Of a stretch of 64,000 nt of DNA, positions 38,803 through 48,566 are shown piece by piece. A model generated the notes under the pieces. The model was given only the letters and a program-made list of their open reading frames with translations. It was not told the DNA's origin and did not search any database. A program made the translations under genes and the position numbers. The number at the start of each line of letters is the position of its first letter. Position 1 is the first letter of the stretch. Source of the DNA: Gammaproteobacteria bacterium (GTDB lineage: Bacteria; Pseudomonadota; Gammaproteobacteria; JABABF01); the NCBI GenBank assembly GCA_965237805.1, contig OZ250153.1, forward strand, positions 1,661,585 through 1,725,584. The letters run 5' to 3'.

Positions 38803-39672
38803 CTACCATTCCAGCGGGAATGCACTCGGCTCGGTGATGTGCGGTGGGTCGTTTTCCACGATGCCGCGCAGGCGGCGCTCGATGTTTTCCAAGCTGCCTT
38901 TTTTGTGCGTCAGGATGTAAAAATCCTCTGCGCGCACAGCGCCGAAAACCAAGTCCGCCACTTTACTCACCGGCATCGCGGTGTCGCTGAGAAACCCCTC
39001 AAACATTCTGGCCTGTGCCAATTCAGTGGCGCGTTCGGCCTCGCCGAAGTTTTCACTCAGCTTGCGGTTGCGCGCCGCCAAGTGGATTTGGGTGGCGACG
39101 AAACTCGGGCACAGCACCGAGACGCCGATTTTTGCCTGCTCGTTGCGCAGCTCAGAGAACAAGCCCTCCGACAGCGACACCACGGCGTGTTTGCTGAGAC
39201 TGTAAGGAGCGATGTTTGGCACTGACATCAAGCCGGCGATGGAGGCAGTGTTGACCACATGACCCGCATCCCCATGCGCCAACATATCCGGCAGGAAGTG
39301 GTGCAGGCCGTAGATCACACTCCACAGATTGACATCGAGGATCCAACGCCACTCTTCGAGCGGGATCTCCCAAGTTTTGCCACCTCCGCTGACACCGGCG
39401 TTGTTGCACAGCAGATGCACCGCACCGAAACGCTCGCGCGCGCTGCGCGCCAAGTCGCGCACGGCATCGGGGTCGCCGACATCGCATGGCAGCGCCAGCA
39501 GCTCCCCGCCGTCTGCGCCCAAGCGCTCGGCCTCGGCGCGCACGCGATCGGCCTCGATGTCGGCCATCACCACGCGCATGCCCTCGGCGATGGCGCGCTC
39601 GGCCAGCGCCAAGCCGATACCGCTGGCGGCTCCGGTGATCACTGCCACTTTGCCTTGAAAATCTTTGATCAC
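38803..39672 (-). CDS. short-chain dehydrogenase/reductase
   Basis: MIKDFQGKVAVITGAASGIG, NNAG, YSLSK. Confidence 0.93.
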   Translation of the reverse strand: MIKDFQGKVAVITGAASGIGLALAERAIAEGMRVVMADIEADRVRAEAERLGADGGELLALPCDVGDPDAVRDLARSARERFGAVHLLCNNAGVSGGGKTWEIPLEEWRWILDVNLWSVIYGLHHFLPDMLAHGDAGHVVNTASIAGLMSVPNIAPYSLSKHAVVSLSEGLFSELRNEQAKIGVSVLCPSFVATQIHLAARNRKLSENFGEAERATELAQARMFEGFLSDTAMPVSKVADLVFGAVRAEDFYILTHKKGSLENIERRLRGIVENDPPHITEPSAFPLEW

Positions 39673-39715
39673 TTAGCTTCCTCTCAGCGGATTCGATGGT
39701 GTCAGCGGTACTGCG

Positions 39716-40804
39716 CTACTGTGCGCCAGCGGTGCTGGCGGCACGTTGGTCGCGTGTTCTTGTGGCCTCAGCATCAGTGCCCATTGCAGCCTCGGAGCGC
39801 AGCAGTTGCTTGCCGATATTCTGCCCCCGGAACAGCCGCATCAGTGCCTCTGGCAGGCGTTTGAAACCCTCCAGCACATCGACCCGGTGGGCGATCTCGC
39901 CAGCGGCCACCCACGCGGCCAACTGCGTGCGCGCCGTTTCGATCTTGTCCATATGATCGATCATGACAAAGCCCTTGATCGTCAGCCGTCGCATGATCAC
40001 CTGCACCAGCCCGCTGCTCCCCGTGGGAGAGGAGGCGTTGTAGCGCGAGATTTGCCCGCAGAGGATGGCGCGACCGTGATCCTTCATATTGACCATTGCG
40101 GCATCGAAGATCGCCCCGCCGACATTGTCGAAGAACAGCTCGACACCCTGCGGGCACAGCTCGCCCAAGCGCGTGGCGACATCCTCGCTGCGGTAGTCGA
40201 TGGCGGCATCCAGGCGGCAGGCCTCGCGCAGCCAGCCACATTTTTCCGGCCCACCGGCGATGCCGATCACCCGACAGCCCTTGATGCGCGCCAGCTGTGC
40301 GGCCACCGAGCCGGTGGCTCCGGCGGCGGCCGAGACCAGCACCGTCTCGCCAGCCTGTGGCTGCCCCAGCTCCAGCATGCCCACCCAAGCGGTCATGCCG
40401 GTGCCGCCGAGCACACCCAGCGAGACCTCCAGCGGCACATCGTCCGGCACCGGTGCCGGTGCTGTCAGCCCCATCGGGTCGCAGATGACATAGTCCTGCC
40501 AGCTGAACAGCCCCTGCACCAAGCTGCCCTCGGGGTGCTGCGGCAGCGCCGCGCTGCCCTTGACCACCCGCCCCAGCGCCGCCGCCCGCATCGGCTCGCC
40601 GAGCGCCGCTGGCGGCAGATAGGAGGGCACATCGTCCATCCATGGGCGCATCGCCGGGTCGAGGCTGAAATACAGGAGCTGCACCAGCAGCTGCCCATCG
40701 CCCGGCTCCGGCACGGCGGCCTCGCGGTATTCGAAGTGCTCCGGGCCGACCTCAGCTTGGGGGCGTGCGGCGAGCAGCCATTGGCGGTTGACTGTGCTGT
40801 CCAT
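39716..40804 (-). CDS. NADP-dependent oxidoreductase (CurA/prostaglandin reductase family)
   Basis: SLDPAMR, SAAAGATG, FFDNVGG, CGQIS.YN, GQNIGK. Confidence 0.92.
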   Translation of the reverse strand: MDSTVNRQWLLAARPQAEVGPEHFEYREAAVPEPGDGQLLVQLLYFSLDPAMRPWMDDVPSYLPPAALGEPMRAAALGRVVKGSAALPQHPEGSLVQGLFSWQDYVICDPMGLTAPAPVPDDVPLEVSLGVLGGTGMTAWVGMLELGQPQAGETVLVSAAAGATGSVAAQLARIKGCRVIGIAGGPEKCGWLREACRLDAAIDYRSEDVATRLGELCPQGVELFFDNVGGAIFDAAMVNMKDHGRAILCGQISRYNASSPTGSSGLVQVIMRRLTIKGFVMIDHMDKIETARTQLAAWVAAGEIAHRVDVLEGFKRLPEALMRLFRGQNIGKQLLRSEAAMGTDAEATRTRDQRAASTAGAQ

Positions 40805-41430
40805 CAAGCGGGCGCGCCTGCGCGCAGGTCGGCCTGCAGGGCGCGCCGGGTGGCCGCGGGCAACGCGCCGCTATCACAGGCATAGTGTGGGTGCTCAGCG
40901 CCGCAGCAGATGGTGGCGCCCGCGCCCGCCGCCCGCCGCATCGCCGCCGACAGCGGATAGCGCAGATAGTGCACCGCCGCTGTTCTGCCCTCATCCATCT
41001 GGCATGTTTGGTCTTCGTTGGCGATGGCCATGCTGCGCTCGCCCGCGCCGATGCCGAGCCACAGCTGCCGCTCGAGGCCGTGCAGCACGCGCAGCTGCGC
41101 ATCGCGCTCCGCGCGCTCGGCGTATTCGACCAGCAGCGTCGCCCGCAGGTTGCCAGCATCGCTGATCAGCGGGTTGTAGCTGTCCAGCTCGTGCTGGCGG
41201 CTGGCCTGGTCGATCACTTTTTCCGAGCGCAGCATCTCCATGATCTGATAGAAGATGGTCAGGCGGTTCTCGAACAGCAGTGTCAGATGCTCGCCGATGG
41301 CCACGCGGCGCACAGCGCGCGCGGCCATGGCACGGCTGCGGAATGCTTCCCGCCGCTCTTCATAGAGCTCCAGCGGCCACAGCTCGGCCACAGCGATGGG
41401 GCCGCTGGCGGCGGCGGGATCAGATGTCAT
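40804..41430 (-). CDS. DUF3501 family protein
   Basis: LLFENRLT...QIMEMLR.EK...ELDSYNPLI, AVHYLRY; downstream of rubrerythrin and the Fe-S gene. Confidence 0.88.
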   Translation of the reverse strand: MTSDPAAASGPIAVAELWPLELYEERREAFRSRAMAARAVRRVAIGEHLTLLFENRLTIFYQIMEMLRSEKVIDQASRQHELDSYNPLISDAGNLRATLLVEYAERAERDAQLRVLHGLERQLWLGIGAGERSMAIANEDQTCQMDEGRTAAVHYLRYPLSAAMRRAAGAGATICCGAEHPHYACDSGALPAATRRALQADLRAGAPA

Positions 41431-42784
41431 AGGCGCGGCGCAGCAGGCTGATCGGGTGGGGGGCTTCGCGCTCGGTGCCCGGCTCCAAGCCGTCGACGAT
41501 GTGGTCGGCGGCCAGCGGGCAGTCGCTGGTGTACTCATCGTAGCCGCCGTCGGCATCCTTGGCGCGGGCCGCACGCAGCACTGGGGCGGTGATCTTCATC
41601 GCGTTGTCGCGGGTCTCGGCACGCACGGCGTAGGTGCCGTTGTGTCCGGAGCAGTGCTCCACCGTATCCACCTCGGTGTTTGGCAGCAGCTGCAGCAGCT
41701 GGCGGGTGCAGGCACCCAAGTTCTGCACCCGCCAATGGCAGGCGGCGTGGTACAGCACACGCCCGCCGCCGCCGCCCGGGAAGTCGGTGTTCAGCAGCCC
41801 GGCTCGGTGGCGGTGCATCAGGTATTCGAAAGGGTCGAAGAGCTGCGCGGCCACCCGCTGGACGGCTTCATCTTCAGGAAATAGCAACGGCAGTTCCTGG
41901 CGGAACATCAGCACACAGGAGGGCACCGGGGCGAGGATGTCGCAGCCCTGCTCCACAGCCTCCAGCAGCGGTGGGATATTGGCTGCGCGCAGCTGGTCGA
42001 CGGTGGCCAGATCGCCGAGCTCCATCTTCGGCATGCCGCAACACTGCGCGGCCGCCGACAGCGCCGCCGGGATTTGGTTGTGAGCCAGCACGGCGGCCAA
42101 GTCCGCGGCCATGTCCGGACGGTTCCAGCGCCCGTAGCAAGTGCCGAAGATGGCCACCCGACCCCGCGTCGGGCCCGCGGGCTGCGCCTCGCCCTCAGGC
42201 GGGCAGGGGGCGCTGAGGCGCTTGCCCAGATGATGCGAGTGATAGCGCGGCAGGCGTGCGCGGGCGTCGATGCCCGCGGTTTTCTCCAGCGCCTTGCGCA
42301 GCAGCGGCGTGCGGTTGGCGGCGTTGACGGCGCGGTCGAGCAGCGGGGTGGAGGCGAGGCGAGCGACGGTGGTGGTGGAGGTGATCAGCCGGTCGCGCCA
42401 CGAGGCCCCCTTGGCGCGAAAGTGCGCCGCCTTGTCGCGCAGCATCAGGTGCGGGAAATCCACCTGCCACGGGTGGGGCGGCACATAGGGGCATTTGGTC
42501 TGATAGCACAGATCGCACAGGAAGCACTGCTCGCTGACCTTGGCGTAGTCGGCCTTGGTCACATCCTCGGTCTCGCCGCTGGCCGACTCGTCGATCAGCT
42601 CGAAGAGCGTGGGGAAGGATGCGCACAGGCTGAAGCAGCGTCTACAGCCATGGCAGATATCGAAGACGCGCTCCAGCTCGGCATCGACTTCCTCGCGCTC
42701 ATAGAAAGAGTCCTCGCGCCATGGCACTGGATGGCGGACAGAGGCTTCGAGGCCACCTTCGCTGGGCTTGTCTGCCTCGCTCAT
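41420..42784 (-). CDS. rubrerythrin-associated Fe-S oxidoreductase (GlpC/HdrB-like CCG domains)
   Basis: CHGCRRCFSLC, CFLCDLC..KCPY, QCCGMP, CSGHNG. Confidence 0.9.
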   Translation of the reverse strand: MSEADKPSEGGLEASVRHPVPWREDSFYEREEVDAELERVFDICHGCRRCFSLCASFPTLFELIDESASGETEDVTKADYAKVSEQCFLCDLCYQTKCPYVPPHPWQVDFPHLMLRDKAAHFRAKGASWRDRLITSTTTVARLASTPLLDRAVNAANRTPLLRKALEKTAGIDARARLPRYHSHHLGKRLSAPCPPEGEAQPAGPTRGRVAIFGTCYGRWNRPDMAADLAAVLAHNQIPAALSAAAQCCGMPKMELGDLATVDQLRAANIPPLLEAVEQGCDILAPVPSCVLMFRQELPLLFPEDEAVQRVAAQLFDPFEYLMHRHRAGLLNTDFPGGGGGRVLYHAACHWRVQNLGACTRQLLQLLPNTEVDTVEHCSGHNGTYAVRAETRDNAMKITAPVLRAARAKDADGGYDEYTSDCPLAADHIVDGLEPGTEREAPHPISLLRRAYDI

Positions 42785-42851
42785 CAGCGAGTGCTACCGA
42801 GCCAGCTCGGCATCGCAGCGGCGGGTGTGTGCGCTAGACGGCGCGGGGCGC

Positions 42852-43274
42852 TCAGCTTTCGAGGTAGCTAGCCAGCGTCCTTTGGAACTTGCCAGCGTGG
42901 CTGCGTTCGGCCTTGGCCAGCGTCTCGAACCAGTCGGCGATCTCGTCGAAGCCCTCTGCGCGGGCCGTTTTTGCCATGCCCGGGTACATATCGGTGTACT
43001 CGTGGGTTTCGCCGTGGATCGCCGAGCGCAAGTTCTGCTCGGTGCTGCCGATGGGCTGATCCGTGGCTGGGTCGCCGACAGCTTCCAGATATTCCAGATG
43101 GCCGTGGGCGTGGCCCGTTTCACCTTCGGCGGTGGCGCGGAAGACCGTGGCCACATCGGGGCTACCCTCGATATCGGCTTTGGTGGCGAAGTAGAGGTAG
43201 CGCCGGTTGGCCTGGCTTTCGCCGGCGAAGGCATCTTTGAGGTTCTGGGCGGTTTTGGAGCCGGTGAGGGACAT
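42852..43274 (-). CDS. rbr: rubrerythrin, short type without rubredoxin domain
   Basis: [35 protein letters not shown]. Confidence 0.95.
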   Translation of the reverse strand: MSLTGSKTAQNLKDAFAGESQANRRYLYFATKADIEGSPDVATVFRATAEGETGHAHGHLEYLEAVGDPATDQPIGSTEQNLRSAIHGETHEYTDMYPGMAKTARAEGFDEIADWFETLAKAERSHAGKFQRTLASYLES

Positions 43275-43342
43275 GATGTGCTTCTCCGTGGTCTTTTGCT
43301 GTGGTTGTTAGCTTGGCGCGATACTTGCGCTGAACGGAGGAT

Positions 43343-43372
43343 ATTATAGCATGGAGGATGAGGGTATTGCAA
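43343..43372 (-). promoter_or_regulatory. sigma70 promoter of the rubrerythrin operon
   Basis: TTGCAA-18 nt-TATAAT with TG extension. Confidence 0.6.
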
Positions 43373-43410
43373 GCGGGGAGGGGGGTGTTGAATTTCCGCT
43401 CAAGCGATCA

Positions 43411-43423
43411 TAAGTTATTGATT
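43411..43423 (-). promoter_or_regulatory. IHF-consensus site
   Basis: AATCAATAACTTA matches WATCAANNNNTTR. Confidence 0.4.
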
Positions 43424-43589
43424 TTCAATGGTTTTTGACATGCCCTTGCGGTTGTTAATGCAATCAATTACATTGGCGATTTATAGTCATTTTTGATTTT
43501 TTTCGGCAGTGGTTTTTTGCCACTATGGGAAGTTTTATAGGACATTGGCTCAAGACCGATCGATGGTGCGGAAAGATAAGGAGGCCAGA

Positions 43590-44867
43590 TCACTTCTGCA
43601 GATGATTTTTCAAATATCCATATATTTCAATTTGTCTAAGTTCGAGAGCCTGTTCCATATGGTCATTATGGGCATACTTTAGCGATGGAATGCCTAATGT
43701 GCCTTCTTTTTTCTTTATATCCGCGTTATTCTCCACAAGAAATTTCACCATTTCTAAATCCCCATACTTTATTGCGAAATTTAATGGACTCATCATCATA
43801 TAATTATTTATATTTATATTAGCACCATTATGCAGAAGAATGCTCAAAACTCTAAAAATATTTCTACGGTCCTTTATTTTTGATGTAGATGTTTCCCATG
43901 GCGATGAGGCATTGGCGACACATATTGAAAACGGTGCCCAGCCATGACCATTCCTGTCATTAATGATGGATTTATTGTGCATCACTATTTTTTCAAATTC
44001 ATCTGAATCAATTTTCTCACCAAAGCCTGCTTTAGATGCAATTTCAAATAGTTCGCTTTGTTTAATATGCGGAGATGGGGGACAAGTCAGTCCCAACATA
44101 GAGTACCTATACTCATGCTGATCAAAAGCCCGCATCATCGTTGAAATGTCCATGGATTTTCCTCTGATTTTCAAAAATTCATCGTCATAACCCTTGTCCT
44201 TTAAATGCCGCCTCATCTTCAGTAAATTTGCACTGATAAATGCGATCCTTGAAAATCCCAATAAACCTACTACAGACAACAGCCAGAAGATCTTTATGTT
44301 AACAGGCTCCAATAGCAAAAAATTCACATAAATTACTGTACTTAATAATACAACACAAAACCAAATATATCCCAACCTTATTCTCTTTATGGTATTGGGG
44401 ACTTCATCGAAACCAGAATCCATGATTTCTTCATCTGTTCTTTGGAAAAGAAAGGTTTCAGAAATCAAGATGAGAAACATAACTAAAGTTGAAAATGATA
44501 GAATCAAAATTATTTCCCCAACAAATATAAAAATTTCTATGTTCATTAATATGCGAATAGGCTCTAAGAAAATCATGAATAAATAAGCCAGCATGAATAA
44601 ACTAAAATGGTGGGGTGTCCCGTCAGATCTAATAGCATTAAATATACTTAATAAAACCAGCGCGATGGCTATGCCATATGAGTATGTGTTATCCGAATTA
44701 ATAAATTCGGATATTTTTTGAATATTTAAAGGAAGGTTGCTTTGATTAATGAATGGTAAAAATACGGTGTCCATGCCGAAAGCAACAACTAAATGAATAG
44801 CTGCATATATATATATTGCCGTGTTTGAGAAGAACTTTTTCATCGTGCCGATACTTGCCTTTTTCAT
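43590..44867 (-). CDS. multi-TM membrane protein with C-terminal ankyrin repeats (low GC)
   Basis: About 6 hydrophobic helices then LLHNGANIN...SPLNFAIKYGDLEMVKFLVENNADI; start at 44867 or 44843. Confidence 0.82.
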   Translation of the reverse strand: MKKASIGTMKKFFSNTAIYIYAAIHLVVAFGMDTVFLPFINQSNLPLNIQKISEFINSDNTYSYGIAIALVLLSIFNAIRSDGTPHHFSLFMLAYLFMIFLEPIRILMNIEIFIFVGEIILILSFSTLVMFLILISETFLFQRTDEEIMDSGFDEVPNTIKRIRLGYIWFCVVLLSTVIYVNFLLLEPVNIKIFWLLSVVGLLGFSRIAFISANLLKMRRHLKDKGYDDEFLKIRGKSMDISTMMRAFDQHEYRYSMLGLTCPPSPHIKQSELFEIASKAGFGEKIDSDEFEKIVMHNKSIINDRNGHGWAPFSICVANASSPWETSTSKIKDRRNIFRVLSILLHNGANININNYMMMSPLNFAIKYGDLEMVKFLVENNADIKKKEGTLGIPSLKYAHNDHMEQALELRQIEIYGYLKNHLQK

Positions 44868-44880
44868 CGTGCCGAGACTT
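44835..44880. repeat. 24-bp-period duplication of the start-codon region
   Basis: ctttttcatcgtgccga(t/g)actt at 44835 and 44859 (GTMKK..GTMKK). Confidence 0.85.
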
Positions 44881-45032
44881 ACCCCCGCTGGGCAGGATTG
44901 ATTGTAGCACCGCCAGCCGCTCAATGGCAATACAGAGCGGGGTGTGGCGCGTGGTGTTGCGGGTCGGTGGCGGCGGGCTCTGGCCGTCTATACTCAGCAC
45001 TTCCAGAGTGTGCCTTGACGAGGGTTGGAACC

Positions 45033-46154
45033 ATGGCGGAAGCGGCATTGCAGATGGCTGAGGCGGGCACCGACACGCCCTACCGGGTGATTGTCTGGGG
45101 CACCGGCGTGGTCGGCAAGATGGTGATCGGCGAGCTGTTCGACAACCCACAGTACGAGCTGGTGGGGGTGATCGTCCACAATCCCGACAAGGCGGGCGTG
45201 GATGTGGGGGAGTTGATCGGGCGCGGGCCCATCGGCTTGGCCGCCAGCGACGATGCCGACGCCGTGCTGGCGACCGCGGCCGATGTGGTGGCCTATTACG
45301 GCCCCACAGCGGAGCAGGCCGGTGCCAACCGCGACAACCACATCAAGGCCCTGCGTGCTGGCAAGCATGTGGTGTCCACGGCGATGTCGCCTTGGGTCTA
45401 TCACAAGTCCCCCAAAGTCTCCCCGAGTGAGTGGGCAGCGGTGCAGCAGGCCTGCGTCGAGAACGCCCGCAGCTGCTTCACCACCGGCATCGATCCCGGC
45501 TTTATGAACGACATCCTGCCGCTCCTGCTCACTGGCGTCTGTGGGCGCATCGACAGCCTGCGCATCCAGGAGATCATCGATTACTCCAGCTATGCCGGCT
45601 CGGCCTATGGGCCGATGGCGCTGGCCGCTCCGCTAGAGACCAAGGGGCTATTGGAGGAGCCGGAGCTCTTGATCTACGCTTGGGGGCCGACCATCTACCT
45701 GATGGCCGACCAGTTGCGCGCCCCGCTGGAGCGGGTGGACACCGTCTACGAGAAGTGGGCGACGCCTGAGGACATCGCAGCTGCCGACGGCAGCTGCGCC
45801 GTGCAAGCAGGGCACTGCGCCGCCGTGCGCTTTGAGATACGCGGCTGGGTGGGGGGCCGGGCGGCACTGGTCATCGAGCATGTCAACCGCATCACCAATC
45901 AGGCGGCACCCCACTGGCCGCGGGCGAAGTTGGCAGAGGACGACTGCTATCGGATCCTCATCGAAGGCAGCCCGAACATCGAGCAGGAGACGCTGTTTCG
46001 GGGCAGCAAGGGCGAGGCACCGGCGGTGGCGGGCTGCTTGGCGACCGGGATGCGGGCGATCCATGCCATTCCGGCGGTGTGTGCGGCGGTGCCGGGGGTG
46101 ATCAGCGCCGATGAACTGCCGCTGGGGCCGGGGATTGGGGTGATGGGGGGCTAG
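45033..46154 (+). CDS. dihydrodipicolinate-reductase-like NAD(P)H amine dehydrogenase family
   Basis: VWGTGVVG, DKAGVDVGEL, TGIDPGF, ATGMRAIHAIPAVC. Confidence 0.85.
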   Translation: MAEAALQMAEAGTDTPYRVIVWGTGVVGKMVIGELFDNPQYELVGVIVHNPDKAGVDVGELIGRGPIGLAASDDADAVLATAADVVAYYGPTAEQAGANRDNHIKALRAGKHVVSTAMSPWVYHKSPKVSPSEWAAVQQACVENARSCFTTGIDPGFMNDILPLLLTGVCGRIDSLRIQEIIDYSSYAGSAYGPMALAAPLETKGLLEEPELLIYAWGPTIYLMADQLRAPLERVDTVYEKWATPEDIAAADGSCAVQAGHCAAVRFEIRGWVGGRAALVIEHVNRITNQAAPHWPRAKLAEDDCYRILIEGSPNIEQETLFRGSKGEAPAVAGCLATGMRAIHAIPAVCAAVPGVISADELPLGPGIGVMGG

Positions 46155-46155
46155 G

Positions 46156-46854
46156 ATGAAATGCTTGAGTTTTGACACCGAACTCTCAGATCTGTTTGAG
46201 CTGGCTCCACGCGAGGACATCGAGCAGTACGCCCCCTTTCATCTCTCGGTGGCAGCGACAGCGATTCATGGCGGCGATGAACAGCTGTGGTATTCCAAGG
46301 ATGAGGCAGGCCAGCCAGCCTTGAACCTCACCCGGCAACGGGCGCATGAACTGCTCGAATATCTTGAGGCCATGCAGCAACAAGATTGCATGGTCTGTGC
46401 ATGGAACGGTGTGGGCTTCGATTTGAAATGGATCGGGCATCAGGCCGACGATATGGTGCTTGCTGCCCGCATCGCCTTACAGAGCTACGACCCCATGTTT
46501 CAGTTCTTCAACCAAGCTGGTTACCCCATCGGTCTCGGCAAGGTGGCCGCGGGAATGAATATCCAGCAAACAAAACTCATGGATGGTGCGGATGCCCCGA
46601 AGCAATGGCATGCAGGCAACCATCAGCTGGTCATGGACTACTGCCTCGGTGATTGCCAGATGACCAACAGCATCGTTGCGGCCATCCAAAACACCGGGAA
46701 AGTGCAATGGATTACTGGCAACGGGGTGCGTCGCTCAGAGCCGATGCCCAGACTGAAACCGGTTGCAGAAGTGATCGCAGACCCCGACCCAGATCAATCT
46801 TGGATGAATAGCCCGATGCCAAAGAGCAAGTTCTATCAATGGACTCAGGTGTGA
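46156..46854 (+). CDS. RNase H-like / DEDD 3'-5' exonuclease domain protein
   Basis: ExoI FDTE, ExoII WNG..FD, ExoIII YC..D. Confidence 0.75.
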   Translation: MKCLSFDTELSDLFELAPREDIEQYAPFHLSVAATAIHGGDEQLWYSKDEAGQPALNLTRQRAHELLEYLEAMQQQDCMVCAWNGVGFDLKWIGHQADDMVLAARIALQSYDPMFQFFNQAGYPIGLGKVAAGMNIQQTKLMDGADAPKQWHAGNHQLVMDYCLGDCQMTNSIVAAIQNTGKVQWITGNGVRRSEPMPRLKPVAEVIADPDPDQSWMNSPMPKSKFYQWTQV

Positions 46855-47292
46855 TGGTGATGCAAGTATGGGTGGCGATCTAAGGCTGACTCGCTGGGCT
46901 GGTGGAGCGTAGGGAGAAGGCCTTTTGGCGACAAGATGCTCGCCACATGGAACAAGGGGGGGAGGGTCAATAGATACGGGCTGCAGTGCAGATTGGCTTC
47001 AGTACTGTCGATAGATTTGTGGCTGATGCATTGTCTATACCGTTGACTTGCCAGCATCACTCATAATGTCATGCACACGCCACTTCGCATCACATGATCA
47101 TCGGCCGGATCCTTTGTAGCTGACAATTTCCACATTCTCTGAAGCGGTGCTAGGCATCAGAGCAGCTAGCAAAGAAAGAGAAGTTGACAATATTGATGCT
47201 GTAAAGTAGTCCTACATAGGTTTTCTGTGGAGGAGGGGAACTTTCCAAGTTAAACCACTGTCGTCGGTATTTCTCTACTGGCCACATTTTGC

Positions 47293-48384
47293 CTAATAAA
47301 CAGCTATCCCATTTGCTGGCAAAAGGTCTTTTAACACATAATAACGGTGTAGCGCAGCTGCTTGGTGAAAACGATAAACGTGAGTCCGAAGAGCACGTGC
47401 AGAGGATTCTAATTTGTCGAAATTTTTCTTCTCATCTTCCCATTCCGATGCCTTATAAGACATGTCATGCTCATTTTCTTCTGGTTTAAATAGATGCCCT
47501 TCTTTTATTGCATCAAGCCATTTATCTATACGAGCATCTTTTTTTCCTTCATATTTTATAATGCCAGATACTGTCTCCTTAATGTCACCAAATAGCTTGT
47601 GTCCATTATCTGGATAATTCTGTTTTGAAAATTCCGAAAAGTATCGATGTAATCCCTCGCAACCTTCTAAAAATGTATCAGGGTTATTTCTATCTTCTCT
47701 TGCATTATTCCCAGAAAATTCCTCCTCAAATTTTACTTGCCAATGAAGGAAAGGGCGATCAGGATAAGTCGCCACTCCACCATGCCCTAAGGCTCTAGAA
47801 AATTCCTCACCAAAAAAACTAATTGTTTCCCTGAAAAATTTCAGAAAGAATTCATATTTTTTCTTTTTGATGTACTTCTTGACATTTGCATCCTGCACTC
47901 CAATGAATTTGATAGACCCACCTTTGACAGCATTATATTTTGAGCTTATCCCTGAGAACCCATAGTGAGAAAATGTGTCCATGTAGACATGAGCACCTAT
48001 CCCTAGCAGCTCTAAACCATATGCAGTGCGATCCATTGCAAGTTGGAGATGATGCTTCATCATTTCATTTGCGATTTTGCTGTTTTTCACACAAATCAGC
48101 TTTTCTTCCATGGATTCACCTTCGCCTCCAGGGATGAAGTGGAAAGGAACCCATACACGGCGTTGCTCCTCATGGTTCATCATACTATTAACCGCAGCAC
48201 CTATAGGATGGTGTGCTGTAGCAATACCGTAGAGAAGTCCGCCGTCTTTATGTGACTTACTGTCTTGTTGTGTAGAGTCATCTACGAATTGAGCAGAATA
48301 GGCAATAGTTTTACTGTCGCAAACCGGAATACCTGCTGCTCTTGCCATAGTATACGTGCCATAAAAATGCATATCAGTTTGCAT
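47293..48384 (-). CDS. DUF6765-like protein (low GC)
   Basis: MQTDMHFYGTY..ARAAG, AQFVDD, VWVPFHFIPG, HVYMDTFSHYGFSG, GHG....PD.P. Confidence 0.78.
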   Translation of the reverse strand: MQTDMHFYGTYTMARAAGIPVCDSKTIAYSAQFVDDSTQQDSKSHKDGGLLYGIATAHHPIGAAVNSMMNHEEQRRVWVPFHFIPGGEGESMEEKLICVKNSKIANEMMKHHLQLAMDRTAYGLELLGIGAHVYMDTFSHYGFSGISSKYNAVKGGSIKFIGVQDANVKKYIKKKKYEFFLKFFRETISFFGEEFSRALGHGGVATYPDRPFLHWQVKFEEEFSGNNAREDRNNPDTFLEGCEGLHRYFSEFSKQNYPDNGHKLFGDIKETVSGIIKYEGKKDARIDKWLDAIKEGHLFKPEENEHDMSYKASEWEDEKKNFDKLESSARALRTHVYRFHQAAALHRYYVLKDLLPANGIAVY

Positions 48385-48421
48385 AATTTCTGAACTCAAA
48401 CGGAGGCCGCGCCAATTTTTT

Positions 48422-48451
48422 ATTATACCATGTTGTTGACTTGGCTGTCAA
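48422..48451 (-). promoter_or_regulatory. consensus sigma70 promoter of the DUF6765-like gene
   Basis: TTGACA-18 nt-TATAAT with TG extension. Confidence 0.7.
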
Positions 48452-48566
48452 CGCATTAACTCCCGCAGGGTGCCTCGAATCGCTGAAGGGTGTCACACTG
48501 GTTTCAATAGCCTGTGACCCACAGTATCATCACCATCCTATACCCCCGCTAAACAGATTTCACCCA

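Noticed and set aside
46888-46910. tggtggagcg, resembling a reverse tRNA end
   Set aside because: No T-arm or other cloverleaf elements follow.
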